DNA from: Acidimicrobiia bacterium
GTDB taxonomy: Bacteria > Actinomycetota > Acidimicrobiia > Spongiisociales > ZC4RG35
DNA length: 64,000 nt
Direction: 5' to 3'
Assembly: GCA_965215185.1 (NCBI GenBank)
Contig: OZ244034.1
Span: 928,001-992,000, forward strand
The translations under genes were made by a program, and so were the position numbers. Position 1 is the first letter of the stretch; every line of letters begins with the position of its first letter. The notes beneath the pieces were generated by a model that searched no databases, was not told where the DNA came from, and saw nothing but the letters and a program-made list of their open reading frames with translations. Positions 53,179 to 62,419 of the stretch are shown here, piece by piece.

Positions 53179-54110
53179 TGTCCTTCCCATGGACGTGGTT
53201 GACAGAATGCTTGGATGAGTGAGGGCCTCCTGGTTTGATTCGTGGGATAAGCAACAGTCCTCGAATCAAAAGGAGGCCCTCGTGAGAACCAACTGTAGAA
53301 AGTTGACACCGTTCGGGCGTAGGTTGTTGGTGGATCGGATCCTCGAGTTGGGTTGGCCGGCGGCTCGGGCCGCTGAATCGGTGGGAGTGTCTCGGCAGAC
53401 TGCCTATCGGTGGATGAGACGCTGGCGGGAGGAAGGAGAGGCCGGACTGGAGGATCGCTCCAGCAGGCCTCACCACAGTCCCAATCGGGTCTCTTCTGAG
53501 ATGGAAAAGCGGATCGTTTCGGATCGGATCACAGAGAAGGAAGGCCCCCATCTGATGGCCGGACGGCTGGGTGTACCGCGGTCGACCATCTACGGGGTGC
53601 TCGCCCGCCGGGGACTGTCCCGCCTCTCCGACTTGGACCGGACCACCGGCACACCGATCCGCTATGTGCGAGACTGCCCAGGTGAACTGGTCCACGTGGA
53701 CATCAAGAAACTGGGCAAAATACCTGATGGAGGCGGGTGGCGGGTCCTGGGCCGGTCTCGGGCTAATCCCCGTCAAAAGGTCGGATATGAGTATGTGCAC
53801 TCCATGGTCGATGACCACACCCCAATGGCCTACTCAGAAGCCCTCGACTCCCAGGACGGCCCAACCTGCGCCGGGTTCATGCTCCGCGCCGCCCACTGGT
53901 TCGCCACCTACGGGTATCGCATAGACCGAGTAATGACCGACAACGCCATGGCCTACCGCCGAAGCCGACCCTTCGCCGATGCCCTCGCCCAGATCGGCGC
54001 CGCTCACAAACTGATCCGACCCTACCGACCCCAAACCAACGGGAAAGTGGAACGCTTCCACCAAACCCTCCTCGGAGGATGGGCCTACAAACAACCCTAT
54101 ACCACCAACC
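53179..54110 (+). mobile_element. IS481-family element (transposase from GTG 53282), 3'-truncated by an IS110-A-type left end
   Basis: IR TGTCCTTCCCATGGACGTGGTTGACA; PGELVHVDIKKLG, TDNA, PQTNGKVERF; hairpin 53221-53281 covers the RBS. Confidence 0.9.
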
Positions 54111-54125
54111 ACTCATACTTGTAGG

Positions 54126-54215
54126 TGGAGTTCCCCCGTTATTAAGGACATCTATTCTGTGATCGTGAGGGGTGGTGTTGGTCTCTCGGGAAGGAGGTTT
54201 GAATGCCTGCTCCCT
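54126..54215 (+). mobile_element. IS3-family left-end remnant
   Basis: TGGAGTTCCCCCGTTATTAAGGACA IR-like, then GGAGG-ATG. Confidence 0.5.
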
Positions 54216-54262
54216 GCCAAGCCCAGAGATTGAACAGATTCTTTCGTGACTCGGTTGGGATA

Positions 54263-54430
54263 TCATTTGCCTAAGTAGCGGCTCCATTGTTCCATTATTT
54301 CGCGGCGTCGTTCCAGGAGGTCGGTTCGGGCGTTGGCCTTTTCTACCGCTTTTAGGATTTCGTGACCGAGGGCCTGTTCCGCCACTTCGCGGCTGATCCC
54401 TGTTTCACGACACCAATCCCGAAACGAGCT
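54263..54430 (-). pseudogene. P4-type integrase C-terminal remnant
   Basis: SSFRDWC...ALGH...ARTDLLERRR. Confidence 0.85.
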
Positions 54431-56065
54431 TACGCATGTGGCGGGCACCTCGTGGACGGACGGTTGATGTCCGATCTCACCGGGGGGAAGGTAGCGAGAG
54501 CCTTTTCGCTGTCAAGCGTTCCCCGACAATCCAGTTGGGCAACCCCGGCTACTACCGGCAAGACGAGAAGTTGCTGGTTTGGGATTTGAAAGGAGTGTGC
54601 CCTGGCTGACGAACCGCGGGTCGAGGAACGGCGGAATGGCCCGGCGGATCTAGGGAGGCAAAGGGGAAACGACACCGGAGAAGCCCACACACATCCTCTG
54701 CGGGGGGATAGGCGAAGTTGCCTACACAGGCGTATTCGTCAGAGAGAAGGTCCAGATTTTCTACCTCTACGGAGACAACTGCCTGATCTTCTGCGCAGCG
54801 ATAGCGCCCCGCAACTAGCCGACAGCCAACAACACCTACTCCATGTACCCGCCTGAATCGCGCCGGGTTTCAGTTTGTCCCAATCGGTGCCATGGAAAGG
54901 GTTTGCCCCTTCAGATGTGTAGGTAGCGGTTCCAGTGTTCCATTAGTTGGCGGCGTTGTTCTAGCAGGTCGGTTCGGGCGTAGGCTTTTTCTACAGCGTT
55001 TCGGATTTCGTGTCCGAGGGCCCGTTCGGCGACTTCCCGGTTTACGCCTGTTTCTCCGCACCAGTCTCGAAACGAGCTTCTCATCCCGTGTGGCACACAA
55101 CCCACCTGGTTCTCCTTGCAAAGTTTGCTCATAGTGGCATTGCTCATTGTCCGTCCGGTGGGGGATGGGAAGATCAAACCAGTGCTGGTTGATGTTTGGC
55201 GTGCGGTGAAGAGAACCTTTAGTGCCCCGGTGCTGAGCGGAACCCGGTGTTTTGTCCGGTTTTGGTGTGTTCTGGGGGGATTGTCCAGGTTGCTGTGGCA
55301 AGGTTAATCTCGTCCCATGTGGCGTTTCTGACCTCCCCGCTACGGGTGGCGGTGAGGGTGAGGAATGTGAAAGCGGCGATGGTAGCCCAGTGAGCGTCGG
55401 TGGTTTCGACAGTCCGTATTGCCGTGGCGACTTGGCTGTGGTGGAGGGCTTTCATGTGTTGGGGTCGTTGGGTGTTGGAGCCCAGGGCGGCGGTGATACG
55501 GTCGTCGGCTGGGTTGTTCTCTCGGAACCCCTGGGCGATGCACCATTTCATGACCGCGGCGATCCGTTGTTTGACGCGGCGGGCCGTTTCGGGTGTTGTG
55601 TGCCATATGGGGGTGAGGCAGGCCATGACATTGGCTGTGGTGATTTGGTCCACCCGTTTTTTCCCAAGGTGAGGATAGGCGTAGGTGTGGAGGGTTGACC
55701 GCCAGTGTTCTTCGGACCTGCCGCCAGGTTTCCATTTGGCGGCGTGAAGCTGGATTACTTGTTCGGTGGCCTGGCGAAAGGTGGGTGCTTTGCGGGGGCG
55801 GGGGTTGCGGCCTTCTGCGATGGCTTGGCGGTTTCGGAGAGCCCGCCGGCGGGCTTCGGCGAGGGTGACTGCTGGGTAGCTACCCAGGCCCAGGTTGGTG
55901 TATCTGCCGTTGATCTGGTTTCGTTGTGCCCAGGTTTTGGAGAGTCGCCCCTGGATTTTGGTTGGTTTGACCAACAGAGAAAGTCCATGGCCGCCTCGGC
56001 CGTCGCCATAGCGTCCGGGTTGGGTCACTGTTCTAACGAAAGATGCTGTGAGTGTTGGTGAGCTC

Positions 56066-57094
56066 CTATGTCAAAATCGGGGTTGGTTTTGGTGGTTGGA
56101 GGTGGGTCCAGATGCGGTCTGAGATTCGGCGTTTGAGGACGCGTATGGCGTCTCTGTGGGTCTTTCCTCGGGTGATGAGTTTCTGGTAGTAGCGGCGGCC
56201 TTCGCTGTCTGCGCGGGCGATCTGGGTCAAAGCGGCGGTGTGGATGGCCCGGTTTAGTTGGCGGTTCCCACCCCGGTTGAGTCGATGGCGTACTACTCGT
56301 CCGCTGCTGGCTTCGATGGGTGCGGTGCCGTTGGCCATGGCGAACTTGTCTTTGGTCGCATAGCGGTGTGGGTTGCCCACCTCCGAAAGGATGGTGGCAG
56401 CGACCAGTACACCCACCCCGTGAATGTCTAGTAGACGGGTTTCGGATTGGTCGACCAGTGTTTTGATCTCGGCGGTGAGTTGTTTGATCTCGGTGTCCAG
56501 TTGTCGCAGTCTTCGGATGCGTTGTTTGGCTACCCGCCCGTGGGGGGTGGTGTCCCGCCAACACAGTTTCATGGCCTGGTCGAGGGCTTTTCGGGTGGTG
56601 AGCCGGGGAATGTTCTGGTGGTAGCCTGGTCGGAGTTTCCCCAGGTCGGCGTGGAGCCGGTTGGCCTGGGCGGTGCGGTCTTCTACCAGTTCACGGCGGT
56701 ATGAGACCAGCACACGGAGGTCTTCGGTGTCCTCCCAAAACGTCGGCGGGGCGAGCGTGTTGTCTCGGAGAGCGACCCTGGCGATCACCCAAGCGTCGAC
56801 CTGGTCGGTTTTGGTCTGGGTACGGCCCCGGCGCCGGACCTGGGCGGTCAGCTGCGGTGGAACCTCCCGGATGTCCAGACCAGCGGCCATAGCGGCGACC
56901 GCGGCTGGGCGGCCGAACGTGCCGGACCCCTCGACCGCTACCCTGGCGGCGTTGGTGGTGTGAGCCCAATCTATGAGTTGACGGTGACCAGTAGGGGTGT
57001 TAGCGATGGTCCGGTACTCCAGGGCGGTGCCCAGGTGGTCTACCAAACAGGCAGAAAGGGTATCCTTGTGCGAGTCGATCCCGATAACGAACAT
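56066..57094 (-). CDS. IS110-family DEDD recombinase
   Basis: GIDSH, VEGSG, KTDQVDA, SSG, HRLNRGGNRQLN. Confidence 0.95.
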   Translation of the reverse strand: MFVIGIDSHKDTLSACLVDHLGTALEYRTIANTPTGHRQLIDWAHTTNAARVAVEGSGTFGRPAAVAAMAAGLDIREVPPQLTAQVRRRGRTQTKTDQVDAWVIARVALRDNTLAPPTFWEDTEDLRVLVSYRRELVEDRTAQANRLHADLGKLRPGYHQNIPRLTTRKALDQAMKLCWRDTTPHGRVAKQRIRRLRQLDTEIKQLTAEIKTLVDQSETRLLDIHGVGVLVAATILSEVGNPHRYATKDKFAMANGTAPIEASSGRVVRHRLNRGGNRQLNRAIHTAALTQIARADSEGRRYYQKLITRGKTHRDAIRVLKRRISDRIWTHLQPPKPTPILT

Positions 57095-57119
57095 GGTTCA
57101 ATCCTCCAATTTCGGGGGT

Positions 57120-57305
57120 TTGCGGGAGCGGCAGAAGGCTCGGCGAAGCGCATCCATGCGTCGAAACAACACCCCCACAGGGGGCAGATACAAGTCACGC
57201 TCCTATCAAGCGACAACACCGAGCGGGCAACCGGTGGGGAGACACTCACTAACTAAGCCACCACAATGGGGCAGGGTCGTTTGGAGTCATCCCCACCGGC
57301 ACTGC
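57120..57305 (-). ncRNA. Predicted bridge RNA of IS110-C (ends approximate)
   Basis: 10-bp stem CCGGUGGGGA/UCCCCACCGG encloses AAACGACC (57282-57275) and GUUAGUG (57253-57247); donor guides AUAGGAGC (57206-57199) and ACGCAUG (57161-57155). Confidence 0.85.
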
Positions 57306-57511
57306 CACACCCCAACATATAACACGCATGGTCGTTTCACCCCTGCTTCTCCCTGTCCGCCAATCCAGAGAAGGTCCGGTACCGCCGACTATTTCTAGTG
57401 TGGGTTACTTCGATAGTTATCAACATTGCAATGCGATTAGGTGCAACCCCGTGAGACTGTCTGGAACTACCTAGGACACCAATACCCTGTTGACCTGGGC
57501 AAATATGAACC

Positions 57512-57566
57512 ATATGGGACACTATGCGCCTATATGGGACACTAAACCCGCGGACGTCACCTCCAC
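57512..57566 (+). repeat. ATATGGGACACTA x2 (integrase arm-type sites) and 17-bp direct repeat copy 2
   Basis: 57512-57524 and 57532-57544 are identical; GCGGACGTCACCTCCAC at 57550-57566. Confidence 0.6.
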
Positions 57567-57865
57567 TGCACCCTCACCCGCCTGGAAACACCGTAGAAAA
57601 GCAGTGACAGCCTTCCCCTGACAGGACGGTGACTGTTTGGCGGTCTGCGACGAATGTGCCAGGCGGAATGTCTGAGTGCGGTAGAATACGTAATGTGCAG
57701 ATCGGAGTCCGAATTGCCTGTTTGGAGCAGAACAACCATGAACACCGCGCTCGGGGGGATTGGACCCGGCGGTCTGCCGTACCGTTCATCCTATCCCGGG
57801 AGAAGTGTGGGACGGATTGTGGGACGAATGGGCGAATTTGGCCATCTACCTGGTTAAAGACGGGG

Positions 57866-57909
57866 TCTCATAGTCCGTTGGTTGCAGGTTCGAGTCCTGC
57901 CGGGCCCAC
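57866..57909 (+). mobile_element. tRNA 3'-half fragment (CAT anticodon loop), att core
   Basis: TCTCATAGTCCGTTGGTT GCAGG TTCGAGT CCTGC CGGGCCCAC, preceded by TGTGGGACG x2. Confidence 0.78.
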
Positions 57910-58084
57910 ACCGTTCCACCTCGTTCCGTGGGGTTTCACGCATTGCTAAACGCCCAGGTCAGAGGCCCCATTTGCATTCACAGTGGCACTGACATCCCCC
58001 GCATATGGCGTTGCTGAATTCCCAAGTTGTTTCTGGTAGTTTCATCTCATTGTGGGGCAGCATGGAACAGAATAGGGGGCAGAA

Positions 58085-58237
58085 ATGCCGAAAATGACAG
58101 CAGTGGGTGTCCGCTCAGCCAAACCAGGTTCACATAGTGACGGCAACGGACTCATTCTGAGAGTCTCGCCTACCGGAGCAAAACGATGGATGTGGAGAGG
58201 GACAATCCAAGGAAAACGACGAGACTTGGGCCTCGGG
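58085..58237 (+). pseudogene. P4-type integrase N-terminal (arm-binding) remnant
   Basis: MPKMTAVGVRSAKPG..DGNGLILRV...KRW...GKRRDLGLG. Confidence 0.85.
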
Positions 58238-58379
58238 TTGTCAGCCCGTTGGCGACATTGGATGGGATGGCCGGGCGCGGAGTGGGGGTGGGTGGCTGTT
58301 CGCTGTCTAGTTAGTTTTCGTCGTTGTTGAAGTTGTTGGGTTGACGTAGGTTGTGCGCGATTAGCAGAGCGAGCAGTCT

Positions 58380-58929
58380 TGCCCCCTATCCCGGTGGCGT
58401 GAAACACAAGCACTTCGTAACCGCCGCTTTCCACCACTCCGCGGGTCCTTTTCGATGCACTCCGTCGTGTTGCCGAACATGGACGCGGTAACCAGGGGAC
58501 GCTCCTCGCCTGCCGGCGGCTGGTCCAGCTTGATCATGCCGGCGATTGCCCCGCCGCGTTGGAGAATATGGCGCGACTGATGGTGTTGATCCCGCCGACG
58601 TCGACGATGGACGGGACGAACACGATGTCCCTGGTGCCCGCGTAGGTGCTGACATCGCCGCCCGCCACCGTGGAAACCACCACCTTGGGCGCATCAACGG
58701 GCAGAACGCGCATTCCCGTCGTGGCAATGGAGGTACCGCCGGTGCCGCCCATCCCGATGATTCCGCCGAGCTTTCCCTCGTCGTGCAGCCGACGGACCGT
58801 TAGGCCATTTGCCATGGTCTGCATGGCCTCCTCTTTGTGGTCGCCAGAAGCGAAGTAGGAGATGTCGCCCCCTGCCGCCGCTGCGACCTCCTCTCTGGTG
58901 ACATCGGGCTCGAAATCGGGCGCGCCCAT
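58380..58929 (-). pseudogene. Tm-1-like ATP-binding (UPF0261) protein fragment, frameshifted
   Basis: GMGGTGGTS...PKVVVST...PSIVDVGGIN...FSNAA; GYEVLVFHATGIGG in another frame. Confidence 0.85.
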
Positions 58930-59169
58930 CGTCCTGAAGTATGCGGGTCAACTGCATATCATCTCCAGCCAGCCCGAGAGCAGCGTCCCCGCCAGTCAGG
59001 GATGAGACATACGCGTCCAGAATGCGAGACTGGGCTGGGTCACGCCGCCGTCCCACCCTCGTAAACTGATTAGTGTTCATTCCGTCGGTGGCCCTTTGGA
59101 CGCCTTTTCTCGAACATCGTTGACGGCAAGTCAAATATTCGAATACGCACACGAACTGAGAAAGTCGAC

Positions 59170-60021
59170 ATGCAACACAAACCGCTAAACGGAAAAGTCG
59201 CAATCGTTACCGGCGCCGGCAGCCCCATCGGCATGGGCCGCGCCATGACGTTTGCCCTGGTGCAGGCCGGGGCACGCGTCGCGATGCTGGACATCAACGA
59301 AGAGTGGCTGGAGCAGTCCGCAGGCGAGGTCCGAGCGGCCGGTGGGGACGAATGTGTCCTGGACTTGGTCTGCGATATCTCAGACCCCGAAAGCGTGGAG
59401 GACGCTGTCCGCAAGACGATAGCCGGGCTCGGTGGGCTCCACGTGCTGATCAACAACGCTGGAACGACCAACCTTGCGGACCTCGCCGGCGGCAATCTTC
59501 CCAAGTTCTGGGACATCGCTCCCGAGACATGGAGCAGGATCATCGCTGTCAATTCCAGCGGATCGTTCTTCATGGCCCGGGCGGCAGTGGGCCACATGCT
59601 CGACCAGGGATGGGGTCGGATAATAGGCGTCACGACCAGCGTCGACAGCATGTACCGGCCGGGCCTGTGCCCCTACGGTCCATCCAAGGCAAGCCACGAG
59701 GCGCTCGTCGCTCTCATGTCCCGTGAATTGGAGGGGACCGGAGTAACCGGCAACGTACTCGTCCCCGGCGGCCAGACCGACACCCACATCATTCCCGATG
59801 ACATCGCGGTGGGGCGGGCGATCCTCATGCGGCCGGAAGTGATGAACGGGCCCGCGGTGTGGCTCGCGTCCGAGGAGTCGGACGGGACCAACGGCATGCG
59901 CCTGATTGCCCACTACTGGGACGACAGCTTGCCCATAGAACAGCGGCTCGAAAAGGCCGCCGCGCCTGCCGCCTGGCCGCAACTTGGCAAGCAGGCTATA
60001 TTCGGGGGAGACGACTTGTGA
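59170..60021 (+). CDS. SDR family oxidoreductase
   Basis: VTGAGS.IGMG, INNAG, YGPSK. Confidence 0.92.
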   Translation: MQHKPLNGKVAIVTGAGSPIGMGRAMTFALVQAGARVAMLDINEEWLEQSAGEVRAAGGDECVLDLVCDISDPESVEDAVRKTIAGLGGLHVLINNAGTTNLADLAGGNLPKFWDIAPETWSRIIAVNSSGSFFMARAAVGHMLDQGWGRIIGVTTSVDSMYRPGLCPYGPSKASHEALVALMSRELEGTGVTGNVLVPGGQTDTHIIPDDIAVGRAILMRPEVMNGPAVWLASEESDGTNGMRLIAHYWDDSLPIEQRLEKAAAPAAWPQLGKQAIFGGDDL

Positions 60022-60198
60022 ATCGGTCGATCGCGAATACCGACGAAGCATTTTGACCCGCCCCCTTGTCGCCCCCATCCGCATATTCACGGCGCATTCT
60101 CACAACCTGCGCGGCGAGTGCCTGTAAGCTAACCATTGAAGCGAACATACGGTAACCCCGCGTTGGCCGCGGCACATAGGCGTACGAGGAGGCCAAAC

Positions 60199-60594
60199 TT
60201 GGCAACGAAGACTGATCTCAAGGTCCCGAAGGTGGTCCGCGGCACCCGGCCGCCAAGCGACACGGCACAGACTCCCGGCCTGGTCCGCCGTCCCGCAATC
60301 GACGGGTCATCGGTAGGCGCCAGCAAGATCTGGTTCGGCACCGTCACCTCAGAGCCCAATCACAAGGGTCCGCCCCACATGCACGGTGAGGCCGAGACCG
60401 CCGCGTACGTCATTTCCGGCCACGTCCGCGTCCACTATGGCGAGGACTTCAAGGAATGGGTAGAGGCCGGACCAGGCGACTATCTATTCGTGCCTGCCCA
60501 CATGTGGCACATCGAGGAAAATCCCTACGACGTACCGTCGGAACAGTTCCTGGCCCGCGGACCGGACAACATAGTTATAAACATGGAAGAGTAG
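60199..60594 (+). CDS. Cupin domain protein
   Basis: PHMHGEAE...GDYLFVPAHMWHIE; TTG start after AGGAGG. Confidence 0.88.
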   Translation: MATKTDLKVPKVVRGTRPPSDTAQTPGLVRRPAIDGSSVGASKIWFGTVTSEPNHKGPPHMHGEAETAAYVISGHVRVHYGEDFKEWVEAGPGDYLFVPAHMWHIEENPYDVPSEQFLARGPDNIVINMEE

Positions 60595-60817
60595 GGCCTC
60601 CGTCCTGCCGCGGTCCCATCTCTTTCGGGAGCCCCGGCACCACTCTCTCCTGTTTCCCACCGTTTCCTGATGTTTCAGGAAGTACCAAAAGTGCAGGTAG
60701 ATCACCGTTTTGCTCGGTCGTGTGAGCAGTAGGGGGCCAGCCCTGCTCCCGTTTCTCGACGTTTCAAGCTGTTCCTAGTCATCTCGTTTTCTGTGGGACG
60801 GAATTGGAGGGTGAGGG

Positions 60818-61012
60818 ATGCCGAAACTGACTGCTGCGGGTGTGCGCTCCGCCAATCCAGGATCACACCGCGACGGAAACGGACCTCATTCTGAGGGCCT
60901 TTCCCACGGGAGCAAACGGTGGGCATGGAGAGGAACCGTACGAGGAAGACGACGGGATTTTGGCCTTTGCTCTTATCCGACGGTTTCGCTCAATGGGGCC
61001 AGAACGAAGGCG
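60818..61012 (+). pseudogene. P4-type integrase N-terminal remnant
   Basis: MPKLTAAGVRSANPG...KRWAW...RRRDFGLCSYPTVSL. Confidence 0.8.
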
Positions 61013-61014
61013 TC

Positions 61015-61175
61015 GCCCCCCTGCTGCTCGGCGTCGATGCGGGAGAACTTCCGAAACAGGTGGGCAGTCTCTCCGTTGGGATGCCTCCGCCGTCGTCGGA
61101 GACGAAGACCGCCATGTGCAACTCCTGCCGTATGGCGTTCACCCGGATGGTGGACGACTCAGGCGAGTGCCTGGT
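61015..61175 (-). pseudogene. Histidine kinase HATPase fragment paralogous to 11386-13830
   Basis: ARHSPESSTIRVNA...AVFVSDDGGGIPTERLP/LFRKFSR. Confidence 0.7.
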
Positions 61176-61405
61176 CGTAGTCGCGACCGAGTTTGAGGGT
61201 CGGTCAGACCAAGGTCCTCAGAGCAATGGGTGCTACTATACGGTACCTATCCCATAAGGGTCTTTGCGAAAGAAGCCTTGATCCTCGGGAACTCTGGATA
61301 CCGTATCGACGGGTTCTGATGGCTCTCGGGTCTAGGACCAACTCGCCCGGCGAAGACGGCGACCGTTCACGAGAGTCCTGCGCTCTGCATTGAGGAGAGA
61401 CACCG

Positions 61406-62236
61406 GTGCCATACAGTTTTGAACCAGGCCAGATGTACAGGATGCCGACCCACTTCGGCCCGAGCTTAGGTCCCCGGCAGGGGGTAGATGGAAACCGGTA
61501 CACGAACACAAGCAGTCCCAACAAGACGATGTATTCGGTCAGATTTCGTACTGCGGCTGAAGCGTTGAACAAGTTACTTCCGCCCAGATTTGAACTCGAT
61601 GGTGAGCCGGTCGTCACCGTAACGGCGAGCTACATCACTAGCATTGAGTGGCTGGCGGGGCGCGGATACAACACGCTTGGGGTCACTTGTCCAGTTGTTT
61701 TTCGTGGTGAACGGACTAATACCTCGGGTTCTTTCCTCATGGTATTGTGGGAGAACTTAACCGACCCGATTATCACCGGCCGCGAGGAACTGGGATACCC
61801 GAAGATCTACGGGGAACTTCCTGAGCCGCGTCATTTGAACGGTACGATACTTTGTAGCGCGGGTTGGCTCGGACACCAGTTCATGTCGATGACGGTTCGT
61901 GAGCAAACCAAGTTGGGCAACGACGAGATGGCCGACTTAGCCATGGACCAACAGGGTACTCTTCTCTACAAGTACATGCCTCGGACCCACGACTGGGGGG
62001 AACATGATGTCGAGTACGTCACGTTTACGCCTCCTCCCGACCTGAGTCCCTATCTCAAAGAAGCCTGGACCGGGGAAGGGTCTGTGTCTTTTAATAAGTC
62101 GACGTGGGAGGACCTCCCGACGTTGTTCAACATTGTCAACGCGCTGGCGTCCTTGCCGATTCTTGAGACGCGATCCTCAAGAACTCTGATAACGGTTGGA
62201 GGCGCCGATTACAGTTCTCAACAGATCTTGGAATAG
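61406..62236 (+). CDS. Acetoacetate decarboxylase family protein
   Basis: MPTHFGP, LLPPRF, WLAGRGYN, GREELGYPK (Schiff-base Lys). Confidence 0.85.
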   Translation: MPYSFEPGQMYRMPTHFGPSLGPRQGVDGNRYTNTSSPNKTMYSVRFRTAAEALNKLLPPRFELDGEPVVTVTASYITSIEWLAGRGYNTLGVTCPVVFRGERTNTSGSFLMVLWENLTDPIITGREELGYPKIYGELPEPRHLNGTILCSAGWLGHQFMSMTVREQTKLGNDEMADLAMDQQGTLLYKYMPRTHDWGEHDVEYVTFTPPPDLSPYLKEAWTGEGSVSFNKSTWEDLPTLFNIVNALASLPILETRSSRTLITVGGADYSSQQILE

Positions 62237-62294
62237 CCGCTACCAGTTGCGGAACTGACACACCTTCAAACCCCGAGGCTCTCAGGGCTTGCTC

Positions 62295-62410
62295 GGCGCT
62301 TGTCTCAAAACGGTACTTCGCTCGACAACTCTGCCGACCCCTCGAAAACCCACCACCAACCACCCCAGAATCCGATTTGCAAGACATAGAAGCACAACCA
62401 TAGGAGCATC
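62295..62410 (+). mobile_element. IS110 B-type 3' remnant fused into an A-type right end
   Basis: Decayed CLKRYxARQL..LENPP; ...GACATAGAAGCA|CAACCATAGGAGCATC. Confidence 0.78.
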
Positions 62411-62419
62411 GATGAGCCA

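Larger units (their letters stand above)
56059..57330 (-). mobile_element. IS110 element C, apparently intact
   Basis: CA core at both junctions; ends CATGCGTG... and ...TTTTGACATAGGAGCTCA. Confidence 0.92.
54911..57340 (-). pseudogene. P4-type integrase split at codon 4 by IS110-C, also frameshifted near 55240
   Basis: Removing C gives GTG-KRPPTLTASFVRTVTQPGRYGDG...; TRSGEV, HGMRSSF, LGH, AY. Confidence 0.88.

Noticed and set aside
54435-54850. Possible gene between integrase remnants
   Set aside because: Only short broken frames with no recognisable motif.
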